Below, piece by piece: positions 54,274 through 64,000 of a stretch of 64,000 bases of DNA. The stretch is from Eledone cirrhosa (taxonomy: Eukaryota), in assembly GCA_964016885.1 (NCBI GenBank), contig OZ024742.1:5704001-5768000 (forward strand), read 5' to 3'. Made by a program: the position numbers and the translations under genes. Numbering within the stretch: position 1 is the stretch's first letter; every line of letters starts with the position of its first letter. The notes beneath the pieces were generated by a model. That model did no database searches and was not told the DNA's origin. It saw nothing but the letters and a program-made list of their open reading frames with translations.

Positions 54274-54369
<96 letters not shown>

Positions 54370-54477
54370 AAACAATTGAACGGGAACAAAACAGAGAGGC
54401 AGTACGAACAAAGGTTTATTAGTTTCACGCTCTTGAGAGTGGGGTGGTGGTGGTGGTGATGTATATACATATATATA

Positions 54478-54708
54478 TATACATAGACATACACATAGAA
54501 ATACACATAGACATACACATAGACATACACATAGATATACACATAGAGATACACATAGAGATACACATAGAGATACACATAGACATACACATAGACATAC
54601 ACATAGATACAGACATACACATACACAGACATATAGACATACACATAGACATACACATAGATACAGACATACACATACACAGACATACACATACACAGAC
54701 ATATAGAC
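54478..54708. repeat. 12-bp minisatellite (ATACACATAGAC/G)n
   Basis: Seen directly in the sequence. Confidence 0.9.
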
Positions 54709-54858
54709 AGCATTTCCAACGGGAAATTTATAATAAATGGAAGTGAAATCAACAAGTGCGTGTGTTTTTATTGGCAACATGACCCTCCCAAAGTAGAACA
54801 ATATCTGTTTCAACACACCTCCTCACATAAGAAATCTTGGAAAACAAATTAAGAAAAC

Positions 54859-54940
<82 letters not shown>

Positions 54941-55029
54941 CTCATAATGAGTCAACGGCCATCCAAAATTGTATAAATATGTATATACACATGTATATAT
55001 GTATGTGTATGTATATACGTGTGTATATG

Positions 55030-55760
55030 CCTGGGATGTCAGGGAGAGGCATGTACCTCTGTAGGGGGAGGGGCGCTAGCCATGCCCTTTTCTGGACAGC
55101 TCCTCCTGCATTTGGTCCCACCTGACATTCAGCTCTCACCTGTGGCCCCAAGATACTGTAGCATGCGACAGCGGCCACACCCTAGTAAACCGCCTTGACT
55201 GGCGGGCCGAACCAGGTTGAGGGTAGCCGGACGGGTCTGAAACCCCGGTTGAGTTAGATAGGGGATGTCTGCCCCTGCATACGAAGACTGGACTCGGCGG
55301 AGTGAGTGGAGGAGGACAACATCGTCCCAACAGTCACGAAGGCTGCGACAGCAAGCGGTGTGGAGCGCTAGGGCATGGCAAGGCACTACAGACGTCGTGG
55401 CCATCCCTGCAGCCAAGGAAGTCCCTAGTCGTGAAGGTCCTCCATACCACCGGATTCTGGCTTCTGCGGCCGAGTGAGTGGGACTGTCACTGTGCACTGG
55501 TCCTTCCACTATAAACCTTTCCCGCACATGTTTCTTCTTTAGCGTGCACTTCCAAAGCCCTGCGGCGATGGGCGAGAGATGGAGGCAACAGGTGGAGGTA
55601 ACCTCTGGGAGTTGCCAGGCTGACTCCGGTCTCTTCCCCTGCCCTCACTGTCCCCGGACCTGCAAGTCAAGGATCGGCCTCCACATCCACCTTCGTGCCC
55701 ACGGCAGACGGGAACAACAATAAAGAAGATGTCATCATCGTTTACGATGGACAACCAAGA
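55030..55760 (+). mobile_element. Short RTE-derived non-autonomous element (5' UTR-like part joined to the RTE 3' end)
   Basis: GC-rich structured 5' part. The C-terminal zinc finger FPCPHCPRTCKSRIGLHIHLRAH is typical of RTE ORF ends. 3' hairpin CATCGT-TT-ACGATG. No RT sequence lies between the two parts. Confidence 0.65.
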
Positions 55761-55814
55761 ATATATTTATATTCATACACACGCACCTATGTATGTATAT
55801 ATATATATATTATG

Positions 55815-56421
55815 TCAGGTCACCAGTTGGTGCTACTGGTAACATGTATCCCAATACAACCTGTCCCATGGTCGGGTCGTTGGCGACTAAACTGGCAACC
55901 CCACCAAGATTTCTTGGTGAGGAGGGTGACTTTGGACATCCAGCAGGACTAAAAACAAAACTTGTCAAAGGGAAAAGGAGCTCTTAAGAGTCAATGGCCA
56001 TCCAAAATCACCGGGAGAGATGACCCCTTAGCCTTTTTCAAGGCAGAATTCTAGGAGAAGGAAAACTCTGATATAACACCTGCAACCCTGATGGTATCCA
56101 ATGATGTTGACTTGTTCTTCTTTTTGGTAAATATCATCTTGGTTAAGAGAGTGGGACTGGCTTTGTGCAGTGCCTTTGCTCACTATAAAAGCTTCACGGC
56201 ACAGGCATTGCTTTATATCTGGAGATCTCTCTGCACTTGTCGTCACATGGTACCATGGGCCCAGCACTATGTGTCAATAATTGTCACAAGTGTAGTGTTT
56301 GTACCAGAGTTTTCAAGTCGCTGGCTGGATTAAAAAGTCACACTCGTTCAGCGCATTGATAGGGGTTCTCCTACATGGATATAAAGTAGTGGCCATACTC
56401 GAAAACGAGTTGGCAGCCACC
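55815..56421 (+). mobile_element. Probable second RTE-related short element
   Basis: Contains CTAGGAGAAGGAAAACTCTGA, which from recall is an RTE 5' UTR motif. Bounded by (TA)n. GAGTCAAYGGCCATCCAAAAT also occurs at 54949. Confidence 0.4.
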
Positions 56422-56453
<32 letters not shown>

Positions 56454-56949
56454 GCATACATATATATGTATGTATATATATATATATATATACATATATA
56501 TGGGTCTTATGTGGTATTAAGTGAAGTTGTAGATCTCTATACACTCACTCTATCAATCTCACTAAGTTGATACAACGAAAATACTTATCTGTCAAATTAT
56601 AAATCAATCTCCCGTTTATTGCTAGTGTGCTTTTAGACCTACAGGACACTTATATCCCTCATAATTACTCCTAAATCCTGACTCCATATACATTTTATCA
56701 GTTATCTCTTCACCTCTTTAATACTACATCTAATGTACCCTATAGCAGTTTTCACATGTCAATGTCATACATCTGTATCATATCAGTTCGTTTAATATGC
56801 TAGATTTATTATTACACTTTATTTCTTACTTATATTGATGTTATTATTTTAACTATTCAGTATCTAGTTATTTTATTATTGATATTATTGTTCGGGTTTA
56901 ATACCACTCCTCTATAAAAGCCATGCCTTGAGTATTTTCTTCACTTCCG

Positions 56950-57064
56950 CACACTCTGATGAAACGACTGGTTATAAACAAAGTATTGGAGTCGATTGAC
57001 GCAACATCAAGCGATTAGCGAACGCTAGACCTACCAGATCAAAGAAACAATTGTCAGCAATGTG
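56950..57064 (+). ncRNA. Hammerhead-like motif with a long stem II
   Basis: CACACT-CTGATGA..GACTGGT~~ACCAGATC..GAAAC.AATT.GTC-AG.CAA.TGTG, with palindromic stem III ACAATTGT. Confidence 0.5.
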
Positions 57065-57216
57065 AATAAAGCTCTTATTGTATAGCCAACCATGTCACGC
57101 CTCTTTCTTGAATTATATATATATATACGTATATATAAAAGGAAGGAAGTGTGGTAAGGAGCCAGGTGGACCATAACGCACCACAGTACTCAATACTTTG
57201 ATTAGTAGAGTGGGTA

Positions 57217-57335
57217 ATAGGAAAATGTTGGAAGACCCCGACGGCAGAGCTCAAGCCGTTTCGACAGCTATTTCTGGTCCAGAAATAGCTGTCAAAACGG
57301 CTTCAGCTCTGCCGTCGGGGTCTTGAACATTTCCC

Positions 57336-57338
<3 letters not shown>
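57217..57338. repeat. Near-perfect ~60-bp-arm palindrome centred at 57278
   Basis: AAGACCCCGACGGCAGAGCT..TATTTCTGG-T-CCAGAAATA..AGCTCTGCCGTCGGGGTCTT. Confidence 0.9.
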
Positions 57339-57373
<35 letters not shown>

Positions 57374-57402
57374 ATATAATGTATAAAAATCAATACAATA
57401 TA

Positions 57403-57480
57403 ATTACCTCATTACTAGAGGTTTCCCGAATGAGGTGAATACGAAATAAACGACTTCATTCGTTCGTCAGACGAGGCAAT
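57403..57480 (-). ncRNA. Type I hammerhead ribozyme motif (left arm)
   Basis: ATTGCCTCGT-CTGACGA-ACGAATGA..TCATTCGG-GAAAC.CTCTA.GTA-ATGAGGTAAT. Confidence 0.75.
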
Positions 57481-58726
57481 ATAAAACATGGGTAAATACT
57501 TAGAAAAACTCATCAAGAAAATCAAAAAAAGATATAGATAAATGAAATAGAAATTGAAATATATAAAAATCTATCAAGAAATATAGTTAGGTGTGTGTAT
57601 ATGTATGTATATACGCTCACAGATGTGTATATATGTATATGCACACATGTATACGTATAGAGAGAAAGTGTGCGTAATTCTAAAATTTAGGGCAAATGTA
57701 TCTATATGTCTGTAATCTACGGACAGAAATAGTTGCATCATAAATATATGAATATGAAGGCGCGCGCATAAAACGCCTGCACACTCGTACACTTAGATGC
57801 GGAAAGAAAGGAGGTAAGGGAGTGTAATAATTAAAAGAAAAGTATCAGTCTCGATATATTTACAAAAATATAATAACGATAAATTAGAAAGAAAAAATAT
57901 TTTTAGAAAGAAAAAATTAAAGAAAAGAAGACAAAAAAGGGGTACATACATACACAGACACGCATGTCTCACAAAAGAAATGTAAAAATATATATGCTTA
58001 TATACACACGCGCACTTACACATCCATACGTTCGATACGTACATACACACACACACACACATACTTATACTCACGCATATAAACCTGTTTGCATGCACAC
58101 GCATGAAACTGAGTAAGTAAAAAAAGGAAAGAGGGGGGGGGGGGGAGAAGAAAAAAGGAACAAAACATAAAACCGAGATGTCAAAAACACGGATATAAGA
58201 CACGTACACATACGCATAATATATACATACACACACACACAAACACATGTACACACACACACACATACATATATATGTATATATATATATATATATATGC
58301 ATACACGCACGCGCGCGCACATACGTAGTCACTCATGTACATATATAAAAAGTATACACACATTTAGGCGTTCAGCCATATTGATATAGGGTGTAAAAAA
58401 CTTGTGGATAAATAAGTACAAATATAAAATTGTAAGATAGGCTGCGCAAAAATAAAATAAAAATAAAAATAAAAATGAAAATGAAAATGAAAAATATATC
58501 TGGATTGAAAAACACAAAAGATAAGTGTAATCAGTTAGTGGAGGAAAAAGGGAAGTAAAAGAAGGGGAAGTAAAAAATAGAAAGTGAATCGGAGAATAAA
58601 GGGGGGGGGGGGTGAAGTAAGAATAAAAATAAAAATAAAAATAAAAATAAAAATAAATGAAATTATTGACAAGGATAAAAATGAAAGTAAGTCAGAAAGG
58701 GTAATTAAAAAGAGAATAATAAGAGT

Positions 58727-59626
58727 TTATGGAGGATAAGTGTCTGAAAGTGTGTTAAGTTTATATGAGCTGGAAAGCAGGTGTGATTTCATGTGTGGGC
58801 AACTGGTGAAAATTTCCGTCTTTGTGTTCAGGCAGGTCTTTGGTGATTTTAGATTTTGCAATATCCAAAATTTTCCATTTATGCAGAGCGTGCATTTTCT
58901 TGTTCCTCTAGCATATTTTTTAGATTGGTTCAAAATTGACCAATCTAGTTTATATTGGATGCCTTGGTCTTTCAAATCCCAAATTCTGCTAGCCAGAGCT
59001 GTTGTAAATCTTTTTTCTGGATGTTGAAAGGATGCGACATGTGAGTAATAACGCGTTTTGAATCTGTCTTGCGTCATACCCACATATCGTTCACTGGTGG
59101 CTGGATGGTTGTTGCTGATGGTTGTCACTTTAGCCGCATATACAATGGCTTTGGTGTTGCATTTACCTTGTAATGGGCATTCACTTTTGATTCTACAGGA
59201 GCAAGTTTGATTTTCTCTAGGTGATATTTTGTTGGGGATATAGGACTTAATAGGGGGACCGCAGGAATAGCTAATTTTAACATAGTTTCTGTTAAAGATC
59301 TTATAGTATCTATGTGTTCTAGGGAAATGTTTATCTAGGAGTTCTAGGAATTTTTTGCCTACATTAGTTTTAACTGCTAGAGAGTAGGGGGGTGTGAACC
59401 AGATTATTTTTCTTTTCCTATTTTTATGTTTAATAGAGTTAGTGTAGTTAGGTATGTATTTAATCGGTTCGCTAAAGCCGCTATTTTGGAGGGCTTTATT
59501 ATAGTAGGGGGATGCCTTATTAAAAATAGCTTCTGAGGAAGAGAGGGTGGAGATCCTACGGCTAATATTAGGGATAAGGTTTTTAAAAACTATAGGTGGA
59601 TGGCAAGATCCTTTATTTATGAACAC
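58727..59626 (-). pseudogene. C-terminal 299 aa of a Naiad-type protein (RT thumb plus GIY-YIG endonuclease)
   Basis: SCHPP, RRISTLSS, IIWFTPPYS, KISYSC, CSCRIKSECPLQGKC, IVY..YVGMT..FKTRY..H, CTLC, LN..CPH. Confidence 0.88.
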
Positions 59627-60983
59627 AAAGATCCTTTATTTATGAACACAAAGACGGAAATTTTCACCAGTTGTCCACACATGAAATCACACCTGCTTTC
59701 CAGCTCATATAAACTTAACACACTTTCAGACACTTATCCTCCATAAACTCTTATTATTCTCTTTTTAATTACCCTTTCTGACTTACTTTCATTTTTATCC
59801 TTGTCAATAATTTCATTTATTTTTATTTTTATTTTTATTTTTATTTTTACTTCACATCCCCCCCCCCCCCTTTATTCTCCGATTCACTTTCTATTTTTTA
59901 CTTCCCCTTCTTTTACTTCCCTTTTTCCTCCACTAACTGATTACACTTATCTTTTGTGTTTTTCAATCCAGATATATTTTTCATTTTCATTTTTATTTTT
60001 ATTTTTATTTTATTTTTGCGCAGCCTATCTTACAATTTTATATTTGTACTTATTTATCCACAAGTTTTTTACACCCTGTATCAATATGGCTGAACGCCTA
60101 AATGTGTGTATACTTTTTATATATGTACATGAGTGACTACGTATGTGCGCGCGCGTGCGTGTATGCATATATATATATATATATATACATATATATGTAT
60201 GTGTGTGTGTGTGTACATGTGTTTGTGTGTGTGTGTATGTATATATTATGCGTATGTGTACGTGTCTTTATATCCGTGTTTTTGACATCTCGGTTTTATG
60301 TTTTGTTCCTTTTTTCTTCTCCCCTCCCCCCTCTTTCCTTTTTTTACTTACTCAGTTTCATGCGTGTGCATGCAAACAGGTTTATATGCGTGAGTATAAG
60401 TATGTGTGTGTGTGTGTGTATGTACGTATCGAACGTATGGATGTGTAAGTGCGCGTGTGTATATAAGCATATATATTTTTACATTTCTTTTGTGAGACAT
60501 GCGTGTCTGTGTATGTATGTACCCCTTTTTTGTCTTCTTTTCTTTAATTTTTTCTTTCTAAAAATATTTTTTCTTTCTAATTTATCGTTATTATATTTTT
60601 GTAAATATATCGAGACTGATACTTTTCTTTTAATTATTACACTCCCTTACCTCCTTTCTTTCCGCATCTAAGTGTACGAGTGTGCAGGCGTTTTATGCGC
60701 GCGCCTTCATATTCATATATTTATGATGTAACTATTTCTGTCCGTAGATTACAGACATATAGATACATTTGCCCTAAATTTTAGAATTACACACACTTTC
60801 TCTCTATACGTATACATGTGTGCATATACATATATACACATCTGTGAGCGTATATACATACATATACACACACCTAACTATATTTCTTGATAGATTTTTA
60901 TATATTTCAATTTCTATTTCATTTATCTATATCTTTTTTTGATTTTCTTGATGAGTTTTTCTAAGTATTTACCCATGTTTTAT

Positions 60984-61061
60984 ATTCCCTCGTCTGACGA
61001 ACGAATGAAGTCGTTTATTTCGTATTCGCCTCATTCGGGAAACCTCTGGTAATGAGGTAAT
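60984..61061 (+). ncRNA. Type I hammerhead ribozyme motif (right arm)
   Basis: CCTCGT-CTGACGA-ACGAATGA..TCATTCGG-GAAACC.TCT.GGTA-ATGAGG. Confidence 0.78.
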
Positions 61062-61161
61062 TATATTGTATTGATTTTTATACATTAAATTTTGCTCTGA
61101 TACTTATATAGAGCACTCTTCATTTCTATGACCTTTTCTGTTTCCAACGGAAATTTCAATA

Positions 61162-61205
<44 letters not shown>

Positions 61206-61234
61206 AGTATATATATATATATATATATACATAT

Positions 61235-61574
61235 AATGTATAAAAATCAATACAATATAATTACCTCATTACCAGAGGTTTCCCGAATGAGGCGAATACG
61301 AAAGAAGCGTCTTCATTCGTTCGTCAGACGAGGCAATATGAAACATGGGTAAATACTTGGAAAGTCTCGTCAAGAAAATCAAAAAAGAGATATAGACAAA
61401 TGAATTAGAATATGAAATATATAATAATCTTTCAAGAAATATAGTTAGGTGTGTGTATATGTATGTATATACGCTAACAGATGTGCATATATGTGTATGC
61501 ACATATGTATACGTATAGTGAAAAAGTGTGCGTAAATATAAAATTTAGGGCAAATGTATCTGTATGTCTGTAAA
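61235..61574 (-). mobile_element. Diverged solo pLTR fragment of the same Naiad family, with a hammerhead at 61260-61337
   Basis: Collinear with 57378-57714; 10-bp stem I ATTGCCTCGT/ATGAGGTAAT; flanked by (TA)n. Confidence 0.82.
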
Positions 61575-61616
61575 ATATATACATATATATAAATATATAT
61601 ATATATATATGTATAA

Positions 61617-61697
<81 letters not shown>

Positions 61698-61698
<1 letters not shown>

Positions 61699-62002
61699 CG
61701 TTTCTGAATTTGTTTAGCAAGATTCTTTATCTGAAATCGTGTGTTGAAACCGATATTGTTATACTTTGGGAGGGTCATGTTGCCAATAAGAAACACACGC
61801 ACCAGTTGCTTTCACTTCAATTTAATTTATTATATATTTATAAATTTACAAATTTATAAATTTCTGGTTGGTTGGTTGTGGAACCAACCAACCAACCAGA
61901 AATTTATAAATTTGTAAATTTATAAATATATAATAAATTAAATTGAAGTGAAAGCAACTGGTGCGTGTGTTTCTTATTGGCAACATGACCCTCCCAAAGT
62001 AT

Positions 62003-62010
<8 letters not shown>
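61698..62010. repeat. Fold-back copy of the 44387 repeat (~125-bp arms, centre ~61880)
   Basis: ATATTGTTATACTTTGGGAGG...CTGGTTGGTTGGTTG-TG-GAACCAACCAACCAACCAG...CCTCCCAAAGTATAACAATAT. Confidence 0.88.
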
Positions 62011-62044
<34 letters not shown>

Positions 62045-62208
62045 TTATATAAATATATATATGTATAAGTATATATATATATATGTATATATATATTATA
62101 TGTATATATATATATATATAAACATATATATATACATATATAATATAGAGATTTACATATACATAAAGTATATACTTTCAGACGTTAAACAATCTGGTAG
62201 GAAGGTAT

Positions 62209-62251
62209 ACGTTGCTGACGATAGCTAATAAGCTTGAAACTAGTACAGCGT
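62209..62251 (+). ncRNA. Minimal type I hammerhead ribozyme motif in a solo pLTR-like fragment
   Basis: ACGTTG-CTGACGA-TAGCT.AATA.AGCTT-GAAAC.TA.GTA-CAGCGT, with palindromic stem III ACTAGT. Stem I can extend through AGGAA/TTCCT. Confidence 0.78.
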
Positions 62252-62517
62252 TCCTTTGTCAGGGTTGAACAAATGAGCAACGATGGTTGCTAGACACTAC
62301 GGCTTAATTCGGGATGTTTGTTTACAAACACACCGAGCATTATAATAAATATTCGGTGAATCCATACGTACATATATATATGTGTGCATGTATGTATATA
62401 TATATATACATACTACTGTACGTCTGTATACATATATGTATGTACGTATACATACTTATATTTAAGTAACAGCCGTACTAAGAGTGAGAAATGAAATTTC
62501 GTTTCATTTTTTCCGTT

Positions 62518-63685
62518 TATACTATAAATAATAGATCAAAAACTCGTTAAAAACTTGGAGTTATAGATAAGTTTCATAAAAATTTATGGATTGGGTATTA
62601 AACTAAGATTTAAAAGAGATCACAAATGTATTACAAATTCACAGTTAAATAAATTCCATAAATATGATCAACCTCGTTCACATTCAAGCTTCGTTTCGCG
62701 AACCATAAATGTTCATTCTCGAACTCTAAGAAGAAATCATTCACGTCTTTATCACAGCTCATATGGTCTTTAAAAGAGAAGAATTTAGAATATTCAATTC
62801 TTTGGACAAAACTTCGGAACTGTGGAATTTACCGCAACTCTAGTATATCAAATAACTGACCGCTCTGTACAATGGAGACCCTGTTGATTATTAATAATAA
62901 TAAGACCCTAATTAACAAAAGAAGTGAATTATTCTCAGTTGCCTCCATAAAGCTACGTCCACTTTTTTAGCCTCGCATAAACGAGAAAGAAAGAACCAAT
63001 AACAACTCGGTTACCATGAATATATAATCAACAGTAAAAAACATCAATGGCCGTTAATATTGCTTTATTTTATAACTATCTATAGAAAAAACAACGTTAG
63101 AATGAATGACAATATTTCAATTAACATGCCTAAACATTGATACACACAACATTATTTGTTAACTTTGATCAACACCATCATTTCTTTATCTCATTATTTC
63201 TATCTATAATCCCGCCGAGGTTGACTTTGCCTTTCATCCTTACAGGGTCGATAAAATAAAGTACCAGTAATGCACTGGGTAATTGCTGGCCTTGTGCCTA
63301 AAGTAGAAACAATTATTTCTATCTATACACACAACATTATTTGTTAACTTTGATCAACACCATCATTTCTTTATCTCATTATTTCTATCTATAATCCCGC
63401 CGAGGTTGACTTTGCCTTTCATCCTTACAGGGTCGATAAAATAAAGTACCAGTAATGCACTGGGTAATTGCTGGCCTTGTGCCTAAAGTAGAAACAATTA
63501 TTTCTATCTATAATTTCGTACAATACTTAATCCTTACATATTTATGGAATTTATTTAACTGTGAATTTTTAATACATTTATGATCTCTTTTAAATCTTAG
63601 TTTAATACCCAATCCATAATTTCTTATGAAACTTATCTATAACTCTAAATTTTTAATGAGTTTTTGATCTATTATTTATAGTATA
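62518..63685 (+). mobile_element. Third Naiad-like fragment (endonuclease C-terminus, not in the ORF track) with an inverted ~150-bp UTR segment
   Basis: Manual translation from 62668: STSFTFKLRFANHKCSF..TSLSQLIWSLKEKNLEYSILW..NN*PLCTME..LINKRSELFS(frameshift)CLHK. Bases 62518-62666 are the reverse complement of 63537-63684. Confidence 0.78.
63141..63510 (+). repeat. 185-bp tandem duplication, each unit carrying a 5'-truncated SINE
   Basis: Units start at 63141 and 63326. The SINE 3' halves (from ~63208 and ~63393) are flanked by the TSD-like ATTATTTCTATCTATA. Confidence 0.88.
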
Positions 63686-64000
63686 ATATAGCATATATTT
63701 CTTTTAAATATACTTACTGCAATATAAAATCTAAATTTTGAGATGGATTCAAACTTATATATAAATGTGAATTTTTCGCTGTACTTTCGATCTCTTATTT
63801 ATTGATAATATAATGTATTATAATGTATTATAATATATATGTAGTTATATATTATATTTTATATATTTTTAAATATTTTTAAATATACCTACGATATTTC
63901 TATATATATGATTCAAATATAGAGAAAATATCCAAACTAAAAATTATTATAGACATTATTTTGAACTCTGTATTATCCATGTACTCATTGTTTGTTTTTC

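Larger units (their letters stand above)
47303..54278 (-). mobile_element. Naiad-like Penelope element in partial tandem with an inverted terminal segment
   Basis: A full ORF (48488-50709) plus 3' UTR. An upstream 5'-truncated second copy (50755-53760) holds the endonuclease region and 3' UTR. An inverted UTR copy lies at 53768-54278. (TA)n flanks both ends. Confidence 0.88.
57378..61160 (-). mobile_element. 5'-truncated Naiad-like Penelope element with a ~1.45-kb inverted pLTR
   Basis: Arms 57378-58830 and 59643-61086 are near-identical reverse complements around the ORF fragment. Flanked by (TA)n. Confidence 0.9.

Noticed and set aside
55818-55905. HDV-like ribozyme (GGTAACATG..CTAAACTGG)
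   Set aside because: P2-like and P4-like parts are suggestive, but there is no room for P3/L3; at best it is a degenerate remnant.
48488-59626. Selenocysteine codons in the two larger Naiad elements
   Set aside because: The conserved endonuclease-region cysteines I could read are ordinary Cys codons.
62518-63685. MITE or DNA transposon with 150-bp TIRs
   Set aside because: The interior encodes a Naiad GIY-YIG C-terminus, so the inversion is better explained as an inverted pLTR segment.

Overview
Repeat-only animal genomic DNA; no host protein-coding gene is recognisable. The SINE family and microsatellite load suggest an octopod cephalopod, which is an inference. Bases 1-21,400 are an uninterrupted 22-bp tandem array (consensus GTGTGGTATGTCAGTA[G/T]CTCCA) with nested higher-order duplications; all its ORFs are artefacts. 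The remaining 42 kb is a retroelement pile-up. It holds two near-full-length Tx1/L1-clade LINEs and a tRNA-derived SINE nested head-to-tail in (AAT)n tracts, a stack of related Tx1 3' ends in (TATC)n/(TC)n, and a decayed R4/Dong-type RLE element ending in (AAT)n. It also holds a Neptune-like and three Naiad-like Penelope elements with tandem or inverted pseudo-LTRs, about eleven hammerhead-ribozyme motifs, and short RTE-derived pieces. Most notable: apparent microsatellite-specific Tx1 lineages sharing a 3' terminal motif with a SINE, a conserved AAGGTAAGTG splice-donor-like motif at the ORF1/ORF2 junction, an in-frame TGA at a conserved Cys of a Naiad endonuclease (possible selenocysteine), and repeated fold-back insertions. 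All alignments and RNA folds were done by eye, so boundaries are approximate.
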